A stretch of DNA of 64,000 nt from the NCBI GenBank assembly GCA_945787445.1, contig CALZHT010000024.1:2398-66397 (forward strand). The letters run 5' to 3'. How positions within the stretch are numbered: position 1 is the first letter of the stretch; every line of letters begins with the position of its first letter. This stretch comes from an uncultured Desulfobulbaceae bacterium. GTDB taxonomy: Bacteria > Desulfobacterota > Desulfobulbia > Desulfobulbales > CALZHT01. The translations under genes were made by a program, and so were the position numbers. The notes under the pieces are model-generated. The model saw only the letters and a list, made by a program, of their open reading frames with translations, did not search any database and was not told the origin of the DNA. This document shows, piece after piece, positions 7,957-18,617 of the stretch.

Positions 7957-9420
7957 CTACTCCATGATAAAAGACTGGATGGCTGGTATTTCTGCTTTAA
8001 TCCAGTCTCTTACGTCTTGATCCAAGATATTTTCTGCCGGGGAATCCAGAACCTGTTTAACATAGGCGGTTGCCCGCTGCCAGGCGTCGGCGGAGCCTGC
8101 ATTCTGCCACTGTGAGCGGGTGTCACGGTCACTGAGTTGTGGGCGGTACTGCTCGGTACGCATATACTTTCTGGTATGTCTTGAGGAGACAAAATGACCG
8201 CCAGGCCCTGCCTTTTTAATTTCATCAAAGGCAATGGTCCGGTCGGTGACTTCGATTCCTTCCACGGCTCGCATTACCATGCCGATTATCTCATTATCGA
8301 CAACCAACTTGTCAAAAGACGCTGTCATGCAGAATTCGACAAAACCGGCAGCGTCATGAATAAAATTAGCCCCGGCCAGAGCAACCAGGGTTGAGGTGAT
8401 AGCTGATTCATAACCGGCCTGGGCATCAATCACTTTGGAGTCGGTCATACCGGCGGTTGCATAAAACGGCAGCTTATAGAACTGGGCCATCTGAGCCCCT
8501 GCCGCGTTCATCAAACCCATCTCAACAGCGCCGGACAGGTATTTCATGTCACGCAGATCGGTGATTGATGATATACAGCCGTAAATAGCGGGACAGCCGG
8601 AATTAAAAAGCTGGGTCATGATGATGCCGGCCAGGGTGTCGACATTCTGGACGACCAAGTTGCCGGCCAGGGTAATAGGGGCGGTGGCGCCGCACAAAGG
8701 TTCGGCAGGCACCACAATCGGGATTGAATTTTTGGCCGCTTCCACCGCCAGCATGCCATAGCTTTCATCAAGCTTAAAGGGACTAATTGGGCAGGCAACC
8801 ATGGAGATGAATGGCTTTTGGCGCAAAGCTTCAGGCGAACCGGCGATTTTTTCAGCCATGTGGATGACATTACGCACCCCATCCACGGTATAAACGCCGC
8901 CCATGATATGTTTGTTGGTGCTGTTTAAGGCAGCGCCAAAACGGTTTACATCAATTTCTTCCACCGGCAGATCGCTGGGATAGACGTTCAACATGTAAAA
9001 GTGGATGTTGTTCAGACTCTCCACCATCCGAGCCATATTCCTGACGTCTTTGAGCTGTGCACGCCGAGCAGTAGCACTGCCGGCCTCCTGAACATTCAGA
9101 GCGGTGCCGCCTGTGCCCATGTAGACCTTGGTTCCGCCTATTACAAGGTCATGTTCACCGAAAGGATCTCTGCTGTGTAGAACAATCGATTCAGGGACTT
9201 CTGCCAGAAGCCTTTTAACCTGATCGGCTTTTAGTTTAACTATATTTGTTTTATGATCAATCTCGGCTCCGGCCTCCTGAAAAGCGGCAAGGGCCTCAGG
9301 GTAATTAACTTGAATGCCGACTTCCTCGAAGACCTGCATGGAAGCCTGATGGATCTTGACAATATCTATTTCTGTCAGTGGCTTATAGGCGCCACCGTGA
9401 AGACCTTTTCTCGATTTCAT
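7957..9420 (-). CDS. MttB-superfamily methyltransferase (non-pyrrolysine), paralog 1
   Basis: 487 aa, homologous throughout to the 5610-7142 product. No amber codon. Confidence 0.8.
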   Translation of the reverse strand: MKSRKGLHGGAYKPLTEIDIVKIHQASMQVFEEVGIQVNYPEALAAFQEAGAEIDHKTNIVKLKADQVKRLLAEVPESIVLHSRDPFGEHDLVIGGTKVYMGTGGTALNVQEAGSATARRAQLKDVRNMARMVESLNNIHFYMLNVYPSDLPVEEIDVNRFGAALNSTNKHIMGGVYTVDGVRNVIHMAEKIAGSPEALRQKPFISMVACPISPFKLDESYGMLAVEAAKNSIPIVVPAEPLCGATAPITLAGNLVVQNVDTLAGIIMTQLFNSGCPAIYGCISSITDLRDMKYLSGAVEMGLMNAAGAQMAQFYKLPFYATAGMTDSKVIDAQAGYESAITSTLVALAGANFIHDAAGFVEFCMTASFDKLVVDNEIIGMVMRAVEGIEVTDRTIAFDEIKKAGPGGHFVSSRHTRKYMRTEQYRPQLSDRDTRSQWQNAGSADAWQRATAYVKQVLDSPAENILDQDVRDWIKAEIPAIQSFIME

Positions 9421-9479
9421 CTGATTTTTCCGGCTAAATATGTGTTTCTGTGGAAATGAACATCATTTCTGGACAGAGA

Positions 9480-10247
9480 CTAGTTGATTGTTTTAGCAGG
9501 ACTGCGTCTGGCGAGACAGTCCTTTTTAAAACAGTAGAAACAAGGGTTGTGTATTTTTGTCGTCGGCCCCCTCCCTTTCGGGTAGAGACCAAAAACAGCA
9601 GAAATTGATTTGCGTGGTGTCATCAGCGAACTTTTGTCCAGTGTCACACCAATGGCTCCGGCATCTACGAGCGAAAAGAGCTTGTGTTGCTCTGTTACAT
9701 GCCAGTCGCAATAACCGGGGCTGAAACGGATCCCAGCGGCAGTATGCACTTGGTGAGGTGAAAATTTCCGGTCAAAACCGGATTGAAATCTTTCAGCAAC
9801 AGATTCAACTGCTCCGGACCCCAAGGCATCACAGGTATAGGCATTAGCAATTTTGCCCTGATCCATCAGCTGCTCGACCTTCATATCAATTTTTCTGCCG
9901 ATGGTAGCAACAAAACAAACCAGCTGTTCTGCGCCGGTCATGGCTCTAGCCATCTTATGGCTTTTTAAAGTGAGCCCCGAGACAAATTCAATCTGGTCTT
10001 TTTCAATCGCAGCAATAGGAAAAACTCCCCAAACAACCCTTGGATGCAGCAATCGATACACTCCTTCGTGCATCTGCTGCAGTCGGTTTCTTGTCGAACG
10101 GGTTAAACTGCCGGCTTTTTGTCGACCGAGTAGCCTTTTGACGAAATCCATATCAAACTCCGGCTCATAATCTGCCAGTAAAGATGTCGCCTGGATGGAG
10201 GGCTCTATGAGGCTGACAGTTGATCTTATTTTGTTGGTCTGTTCCAT
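9480..10247 (-). CDS. Methionine-synthase activation-domain-like (Met_synt_B12 fold) protein with a C-terminal Cys cluster; putative corrinoid-cycle accessory protein
   Basis: RFSPGYCDWHVTEQHKLFSL resembles the MetH AdoMet-binding activation-domain core (..SPGYP.CPDH..K....LL). C-terminal CFYCFKKDC. First gene of the minus-strand cluster. Confidence 0.45.
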   Translation of the reverse strand: MEQTNKIRSTVSLIEPSIQATSLLADYEPEFDMDFVKRLLGRQKAGSLTRSTRNRLQQMHEGVYRLLHPRVVWGVFPIAAIEKDQIEFVSGLTLKSHKMARAMTGAEQLVCFVATIGRKIDMKVEQLMDQGKIANAYTCDALGSGAVESVAERFQSGFDRKFSPHQVHTAAGIRFSPGYCDWHVTEQHKLFSLVDAGAIGVTLDKSSLMTPRKSISAVFGLYPKGRGPTTKIHNPCFYCFKKDCLARRSPAKTIN

Positions 10248-10998
10248 ATTCTTTTTTTTGTTATTTGTAGGTTTTGAAAAACATCCGGGTACTTCCTATT
10301 CCTCTATCTCTGCTAATGTTGTTCGCTATTAGCGACTAAATCACTAGAAATCGGCGACCGATTCGCATAATTGAAACACTTCATTCTATAGGTGGATACT
10401 ATGCGTGTGGGAATCGCTGGCTATGGAAAAAGCTCGATTGGAGGGTTGAATAATTCGACTTTAAATATCTTAATAAGATTGATAATCATTAATCTGTCAA
10501 CTCCGAGGAATAATAGTTTTTATATGAAATCGTGTTACTATAACATTGTGCATAGAAATAACAAGTTGCATAGAAATAACAAGTTGCATAGGGATAACAT
10601 TCTTGTTGGTGAAAGCCAACTCCACACCCTAATTAATGATTACTTTGGTGGGAATTTCAAGCAGTTAAAAGGAAAAATGAAGTTCTTGGAAAGAGAGAGA
10701 AATGAGGATAAGCAGGAGGGTGCTGAAGAAGGGGGGAAAGTTTTAGCTGTGGAAAAGTACGTTTTAGCTATCATTATCTTTAATAAGATCAAAGTCAATA
10801 TTTGTTGCCATTATCTTGAATCGTGCAACTGATGGTCGAGTCATCACTTCCTTGCCACCATCTGAATTCGCTAAAAATGGCAACTCGTTCAATATGTAAT
10901 GTGGTTATGAAAGGTCATTTTTTTCAAAATGTCCTGGACAAGCTGCAATATAGAAACATTGACTTTCATTGTGGACAAACTCTTAGGGAGGTATATGG

Positions 10999-11150
10999 AC
11001 TCTATTCTTACCAGCAAGAGTCAAGCAAAGACGCGACCCCTTTTTTCTTGAGTCAAGCAAAGACGCGACCCCTTTTTTCTTACTTTTTTTTACTTACCAT
11101 TTTTGATACCAGCAAGAGTCAAGCAAAGACGCGACCCCTTTTGTAGTCAA
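10999..11150. repeat. Three direct copies of a 28-34-bp unit (ccagcaagagtcaagcaaagacgcgacccctttt) abutting the truncated IS30 gene
   Basis: Direct repeats read at 11008-11045, 11049-11080 and 11104-11141 with irregular spacing. They lie adjacent to an AT-rich island (10390-10990) that also carries 2x aataacaagttgcatag. Confidence 0.6.
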
Positions 11151-11460
11151 TAAAAAGACGCTGTGATATTTCTTCCGGTGACCATTGTTTTCTAAGCCTT
11201 GCTTCCACATACCGTACCAGACGCAGATTTTTCTTTCTGCGGTAATGCCGTGCCTTGCAAACTCTCTTTTTAGCTAAAGGTTGGCTCCAGTCATACCAAT
11301 AGATAGCGATTGGATATCGTGAATTCGCTCGTTTCAGTTCGCGGCTGATTGTTGAGTGGTGACGATTCAAGCGTCGTGCTATTTCTCGCAAACTAAATCC
11401 AGCTACCTTTAAATGGCTGATGACATATCGTTCTCGTTCGGTTAAATGGGTGTAGGACAT
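11119..11460 (-). pseudogene. IS30-family transposase, N-terminal HTH fragment only (113 aa of an expected ~340)
   Basis: MSYTHLTERERYVISHLKVAGFSLREIARRLNRHHSTISRELKR is the IS30 HTH_38 N-terminus. The ORF terminates where the tandem repeats begin. Confidence 0.65.
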
Positions 11461-11619
11461 GATGGGGCTCCTTCTGGCTTTGAGTTGGTCGTGCTTCTCA
11501 ATATACCAGAAACCCTGTCATGTCCTGTTGTTAACTCAAATGGTGCACTTTGAACTTGAATCTACCCTTCCTTGACCCCTTCCCAGACCCCTTCACTTCA
11601 TTCATTACTTTATGGTGTT

Positions 11620-12360
11620 CTATAATTTTGCAACTTCCATTCCCGCCTCTTTCCAGTCGGCGAAAACAGCCTGATTGATGTTCTTGTAGCCGAGTTTCAT
11701 CAATTTCCGGTAAGCGCTGTAGCTGCGGCCGCCGGAGTTGCAGTAGACGATTATCCTTTTCTTTTTGTCGAGAACGCTCGATTGCGAGGCAAAGGTGGCC
11801 ACCGGAATATTGATTGACCCTGGTATGCGGCCCTCCTGGAACTCTTCCGGATCCCGGACATCGACTACCGTGAATGTGTCGGCGCCGCTTTTCATCAGGG
11901 CATTGAGGTCGCCGGGAGAAATTGTTATGGTCTCAATGCGCTTCTCGTAATCCGGCCCGGTGTAAATCGGGAATCCCTTTTCCTCCCAGACCGGCATGCC
12001 CTCGGCATAGACAAAGATATTTTCATAGCCGATCTCCATGGCCTTCTTAGCTGCTTTTTTACTCTTGCCGCATTTGACGCCATTGCAATAAAAAACGATT
12101 TTGGCCGACTTATCCGCCGGCAGATGGGAGACATACGTATCCCACTGTTTGACCGGGATATTGATCGCCCCTTTGATGTGGACCTCCTGGTATTCCTCGG
12201 GATTCCTGGCATCGACCACGGTTATCTGTGCGCCTGAATCAAGGAGGTTTTTCAGCCCATTGGTGTCAATGACCCGGTAGCCTTCAATTGATTTAGCAAA
12301 AACGCTTGCCGCCATGACTGCCCAAAAGATGAATGCAAATAAAACTTTTTTCTTTCTCAT
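11620..12360 (-). CDS. Secreted tandem-rhodanese-domain sulfurtransferase
   Basis: Signal peptide followed by two rhodanese modules with active-site CNGVKCGKS and CNSGGRSYSA loops. Confidence 0.8.
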   Translation of the reverse strand: MRKKKVLFAFIFWAVMAASVFAKSIEGYRVIDTNGLKNLLDSGAQITVVDARNPEEYQEVHIKGAINIPVKQWDTYVSHLPADKSAKIVFYCNGVKCGKSKKAAKKAMEIGYENIFVYAEGMPVWEEKGFPIYTGPDYEKRIETITISPGDLNALMKSGADTFTVVDVRDPEEFQEGRIPGSINIPVATFASQSSVLDKKKRIIVYCNSGGRSYSAYRKLMKLGYKNINQAVFADWKEAGMEVAKL

Positions 12361-12916
12361 GATTTACTCCTCTCCGGTTGATTTGATAATCGTGATAAAC
12401 GACCTGACTTTAATGTGTCATTTCTGCAGCCATGGTCACCAGCATGCTGCAAAACTCCCCATGAAACGACTTAAAGACGAAACGTCGCATCAATAGTGAA
12501 GGAGTCACAGCCGGATCCGGCGGACCGCCTGGACAAAACACAATTTGATCGAGTAAATACGACAGCTTCAATCTTCAATGATCTGATGCATCCCATGCCT
12601 TACATTGGCAGGCCCGGCACCCTTTGCGATCTCTTGATGACATGAAGCCCTGAGAAGAGCTACTTCAGGAAGGGAATCAAAGGAATAGTGCCCGCCGTTA
12701 GCACACCCGGACCGGGTGGCTCCTTAAGGCACTTGGTTCAAAATTTTTGGTATATAATTGCAAACGTTTCCATGTAACCTATGTGATTGATGCTCCGTTT
12801 CGACCATTTAATAAAAAGTGCCCGATATGTCAAATAGGAAAAAACTATAAAACAGTCCGGGTGAATTTTTATTTCCTGTATCAGGAAAGCCATGCAACAT
12901 GGCTTTAGCAAATAAA

Positions 12917-12950
12917 AAGGGATTCAACCGAATTGGTTGAATCCCTTATC
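12917..12950 (-). terminator. Rho-independent terminator immediately 3' of the tRNA-like element
   Basis: Minus-strand read GGGATTCAACCAATTCGGTTGAATCCC followed by TTTTTATTT. Confidence 0.6.
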
Positions 12951-12955
12951 AATTG

Positions 12956-13005
12956 TGGTGACCGGGGCGAGAATCGAACTCGTACAGGGACAAGCCCCGA
13001 GGGAT
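12956..13005 (-). other. tRNA-like 3' element with T-arm, acceptor 3' strand and CCA but no matching 5' acceptor strand, D-arm or anticodon arm. Likely a tRNA 3' remnant (old att site) or a small tRNA-like RNA.
   Basis: Minus-strand read ...ACGAG-TTCGATT-CTCG-CCCCGGTC-A-CCA with a terminator right after. GACCGGG is absent in the preceding 180 nt, which run into katG. Confidence 0.3.
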
Positions 13006-13131
13006 TTTAAGACCTTTCAATTTCGATTAAAAAACTTTATTGATTTCAGTAAATTACTGATTTCAAATCAAAAGAGGCCTTATAAAATCGTAGATCGAAT
13101 TATTTATTTATAACTTTTTCATCTGCCAAAT

Positions 13132-15330
<2,199 letters not shown>

Positions 15331-15530
15331 TTACCTCCTGTTGTTAATATCTCTATAGTCAATACAATCGCCTATTTTTTATTTACAAGTTATCTGTCTT
15401 GGGTTGATCCTATAACGATATGTTTTGAAGAATCAACAAATCAAATTTTTTAGATAGATTATTATTTAATATTTATTCTTTTATAGGAATATTTCTTATC
15501 AAAGGATCAAAAAATATATGACCGATATTG

Positions 15531-15962
15531 TTAAGGTTGCCTTGCACATGCCTTACAAATTCCTTCAAGAACAGCATTTCTTCTGATTACTTTTCCCCAG
15601 CCAACAACGGCTTTTGGAACCTGAACCTCGTCAAAATGATCCCAGGTGAAATCTGTAATGGTTCTGCAACGGCTGCATACTACATGATGGTGTTTATCCA
15701 TTTTCGCCTCATAACGGGCCTGGCTTTCTATGGTCTGCACCCGAGTTATTAATCGGTGTTTTTCTAAAGTGGCTAAGGTTCTGTATACGGTATCGAGAGA
15801 AAGGGTAGGCAGTTTTTTTATGAGCCGTTTATAAAGCGTTTCAGCTGAAGGGTGATCTTCAGCCTGTGCAAGTTCTCTATAAAGCTCAAGGCGCTGATGC
15901 GTGACCTTCAGATCTGCTTCGCGACAGGCGTTTTCAAATTCTTTCATCAATTTTGACAAAGT
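15531..15962 (-). CDS. Fur-family regulator, PerR-like, directly upstream of katG on the same strand
   Basis: HHxxC....CxxC metal sites (HHHVVCSRCR; ICKACA) and a winged HTH. The shorter start MTLSKLMKEF was chosen, but the start is uncertain. Confidence 0.75.
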   Translation of the reverse strand, partial: TLSKLMKEFENACREADLKVTHQRLELYRELAQAEDHPSAETLYKRLIKKLPTLSLDTVYRTLATLEKHRLITRVQTIESQARYEAKMDKHHHVVCSRCRTITDFTWDHFDEVQVPKAVVGWGKVIRRNAVLEGICKACARQP

Positions 15963-16290
15963 CATAAAAAGTCTAAAAACCGAATTTGGTCGACGGGAGT
16001 TCATTAATTTATGAGCAGAATACCCGTCGGCGGAGTGCTTTTTACGAAGTCGACAATTTATACAGGTCAGCTTTTATCGGCTTCATGTTAGGATAATTTA
16101 GTAATTAGGAATTATTCTTGTTTAGTATATTATTTATTTGCCATCTATATGTCAACTTTTTTCCAAAAGATATTGTCTTACTCTCGAGTAAAGATGAATC
16201 ATATTAGTCATATCCAGAAACGTTTCAGCCCGGCATTCGTATTGATGCCAACCGTTAGGAAAATAACCACCATTTCATAACCAACTTTTG

Positions 16291-16365
16291 ATGAAATCGT
16301 AAAAATACGATTTCATCGATGTATTGCGTTGTAACTAGTTGAAATTGCATGGCACGTTAACCGCT
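16291..16365 (+). promoter_or_regulatory. Perfect palindrome (ATGAAATCGTA-AAAA-TACGATTTCAT, putative enhancer/UAS) followed 34 bp later by a sigma-54-type -24/-12 element TGGCAC-gttaa-CCGCT, oriented toward the AAA ATPase gene
   Basis: GG-N10-GC spacing is canonical. The same composite element recurs at 40495-40690 and, inverted, at 41247-41475. Confidence 0.5.
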
Positions 16366-16557
16366 TTCCAGACTTTTTACGGGTAGGTCAATGATTGATT
16401 CTGGATAACGTAAACGGGATTGTTTGTCAACAGGGGAGGAATTTCGGGTGTGGTTCCCATTACCATGAGAAGTCAAATGCAGGTTTTACCATTGGTGGAT
16501 AATTTGGTTTATATTTGGGTGCATATTTGTCAGGTAATACAAAAAGGAGCCGTTGTT

Positions 16558-16770
16558 GTGAACAAGAAAGGTGCGCAGAAAAAACACAAAGACATCTCAA
16601 CGATTGACCAGGAATCGAAAAGAACGCGTGGCTGGTATGTCAGGGTTCATCATTGCTGCAAGACCTTTGCGAAGTTTTTTTCTGATATGTGTTTATTTCG
16701 GGCACACCCGCTAAACTCGATACTTCGCAAAAGGGGATTTTTCTCCTATGCACGTGTTTTCGGGCAATGA
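16558..16770 (+). CDS. Small basic hypothetical protein (70 aa), possible first gene downstream of the sigma-54 promoter
   Basis: GTG start 8 nt after aaaaaggag. The product VNKKGAQKKHKDISTIDQESKRTRGWYVRVHHCCKTF... has no recognisable family. Confidence 0.25.
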   Translation: MNKKGAQKKHKDISTIDQESKRTRGWYVRVHHCCKTFAKFFSDMCLFRAHPLNSILRKRGFFSYARVFGQ

Positions 16771-16915
16771 CACTCTTTGTTGACATTGAAAAATGTGGCT
16801 TTTATATGTGCAAATGGAACATTAAAGTTCAAAGAGCTATCATAGTAAGAGCATAAAAGTTTGCGGGAATTTTTTATGAGAGTTCCCGCTTTATTATTTT
16901 CAAGCGGAGGGAAGT

Positions 16916-17995
16916 ATGGAATTAGCATACGAACACCTAGAACCGGAAGAGTGCTCAACCTCGATTTTTGAGCACTGCGGTCTTAAAATTGATCCTGAAC
17001 CAGCTAGAGAATTGTGGGAAAAGATCTTACAGCACAAGTGGGGCCTGTCCGAAAAACTGGGACGGGATGTGGGGACCAGGGTCGCTTGCGTTGATTTTAT
17101 CGAAAACATCGCACATTTGCATAATGATCACCACGACACCGAAAGTATCCAGCTGCTCAAGTCGCTTGGCGCCCGGATGATCGACCAGTCGATCTGGAAC
17201 ACTATCTCGGAATCTCAGCCTCCTAAACAGATCGTTAATAAGAGAATAATACTCCCGCTGACGGTGGCGGATCTCGCTCGCAAACATGCAGTGATTCCGC
17301 CCCGAACCCTGATCTTTTTCGGCCCCCCAGGGACCGGCAAAACTCATTTTGTCCAAGCCATCGCGGGGATACTCCAGTGGTGGTATGTTGAGGTCAGCCC
17401 CAGCACCTTGATGGCCGACGGAGAAGACCGTCTCGGTGCGAACCTGAAAAGATTGATGGAAAAAGCCGGCAGTTTGGATAAGGTCGTTCTTTTCATCGAT
17501 GAGTTCGAGGAGATTGCAGGGAGCCGGGATCAAGCCTCCCGAATCGACAAATCAATTACCAACGAATTTCTCAAACTGATACCTCTCCTCAAGAGTCAGG
17601 AAAGAAAGAACCTTTTGGTATGCGCCACCAATTATATTCAACAATTGGATGCCGCCTTATTGCGCCCCGGCCGTTTTGATTGCATCATCCCGGTTGGCGG
17701 ATTGGATGATCTTGGTCGCCGGACTATTTTCGAGCATTTTCTGGCCGACACCAATCATGGCAATGTGGATGTAGACAGAATCGTCTCGGTGATTGAGCTT
17801 TTTACTCCCGCCGACATTGAATACCTTTTCCAAAAGGTGAGACAAGTCGCTTTTGAAAGAGAATATGAAAACGGGGGTAACTATAGTGTTACGACGGAAA
17901 CCTTTCTGGAGATCATCCCTGAAGTCCCATCGACACTCACTCATGAAATCATAATGGAATTCGAACAAAATTGCGTCCAATATACTCGTTATTAA
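16916..17995 (+). CDS. AAA+ ATPase with a roughly 125-aa N-terminal domain of unknown function
   Basis: Walker A GPPGTGKT, Walker B LFIDEFEE, sensor-1/Arg-finger RPGRFD and an ggagggaagt RBS. Confidence 0.8.
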   Translation: MELAYEHLEPEECSTSIFEHCGLKIDPEPARELWEKILQHKWGLSEKLGRDVGTRVACVDFIENIAHLHNDHHDTESIQLLKSLGARMIDQSIWNTISESQPPKQIVNKRIILPLTVADLARKHAVIPPRTLIFFGPPGTGKTHFVQAIAGILQWWYVEVSPSTLMADGEDRLGANLKRLMEKAGSLDKVVLFIDEFEEIAGSRDQASRIDKSITNEFLKLIPLLKSQERKNLLVCATNYIQQLDAALLRPGRFDCIIPVGGLDDLGRRTIFEHFLADTNHGNVDVDRIVSVIELFTPADIEYLFQKVRQVAFEREYENGGNYSVTTETFLEIIPEVPSTLTHEIIMEFEQNCVQYTRY

Positions 17996-18039
17996 TACCT
18001 CACAAGCTCTTACAGTAAGGGGTATGCTGTCTTTTGGGA

Positions 18040-18078
18040 AAAACAAAAAAGGGGTTGTCCTCTTCAGGACAATCCCTG
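18040..18078 (-). terminator. Rho-independent terminator for the minus-strand two-component operon
   Basis: Minus-strand read GGGATTGTCCTGAAGAGGACAACCCC followed by TTTTTTTGTTTTT. Confidence 0.55.
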
Positions 18079-18617
18079 GCGGTACCCGGTGGAGGCAACC
18101 GGATTTGACCTGGCAGCGGTTTTACAATCGCTGCCAGATCCGTCTCATTGTTTTTCAATAACGAGGCTATGACCTCTCTTCTATTTCGACCTTCAAGGCG
18201 ATGTTTACCTCGTTGCCGGAGGAATCCTGGCCTTGATAAAACTTTATCTCAATCTCATGCGCATTGGCCGGGATCTGGACGGCGCAGATATAGTGATCGA
18301 AGCTGTGATTTTCGTGCTCGATCCTTGTCTCCCTGGTGATGAGGTATTTGCTGCCGCCAACCATGATGGAATAATTGGATTGATCAAAGGAATATGACGG
18401 GCGCCCCTCTCTTTCTATTTTTCGGTAGCGCCCAAATCCTGAGAACTCGGCAAGAGACCGGTCCGGCTCCTCACAAAACGCCTAAATTTGATGTTTTTTC
18501 TAATCAGATATTTCCATAAACTTTAGGCACTTCAAACTTTAGCGCACTTTAGGCACTGAAATGGCTCGCTCCTGTCCGGTATCATGACAAATTCTACCGA
18601 GGTCAGGTTATCTGAAA

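Noticed and set aside
5610-9420. Pyrrolysine (amber) read-through in the MttB genes
   Set aside because: Both MttB-family ORFs are uninterrupted with no in-frame TAG, as expected for the non-Pyl quaternary-amine subfamily.
10999-11150. CRISPR-like array
   Set aside because: There are only three direct repeats with irregular spacing (4 nt and ~23 nt). There are no uniform spacers and no cas genes anywhere in the window.
16420-16770. 116-aa version of the small ORF upstream of the AAA ATPase
   Set aside because: Only the C-terminal 70 codons are preceded by an RBS (aaaaaggag + GTG). The upstream extension overlaps the promoter element, so only the short form is kept, and that tentatively.
18167-18364. 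65-aa minus-strand ORF downstream of the response-regulator gene
   Set aside because: It has no RBS or motif, although its position inside the operon just before the terminator makes a small accessory protein possible. Left unannotated.
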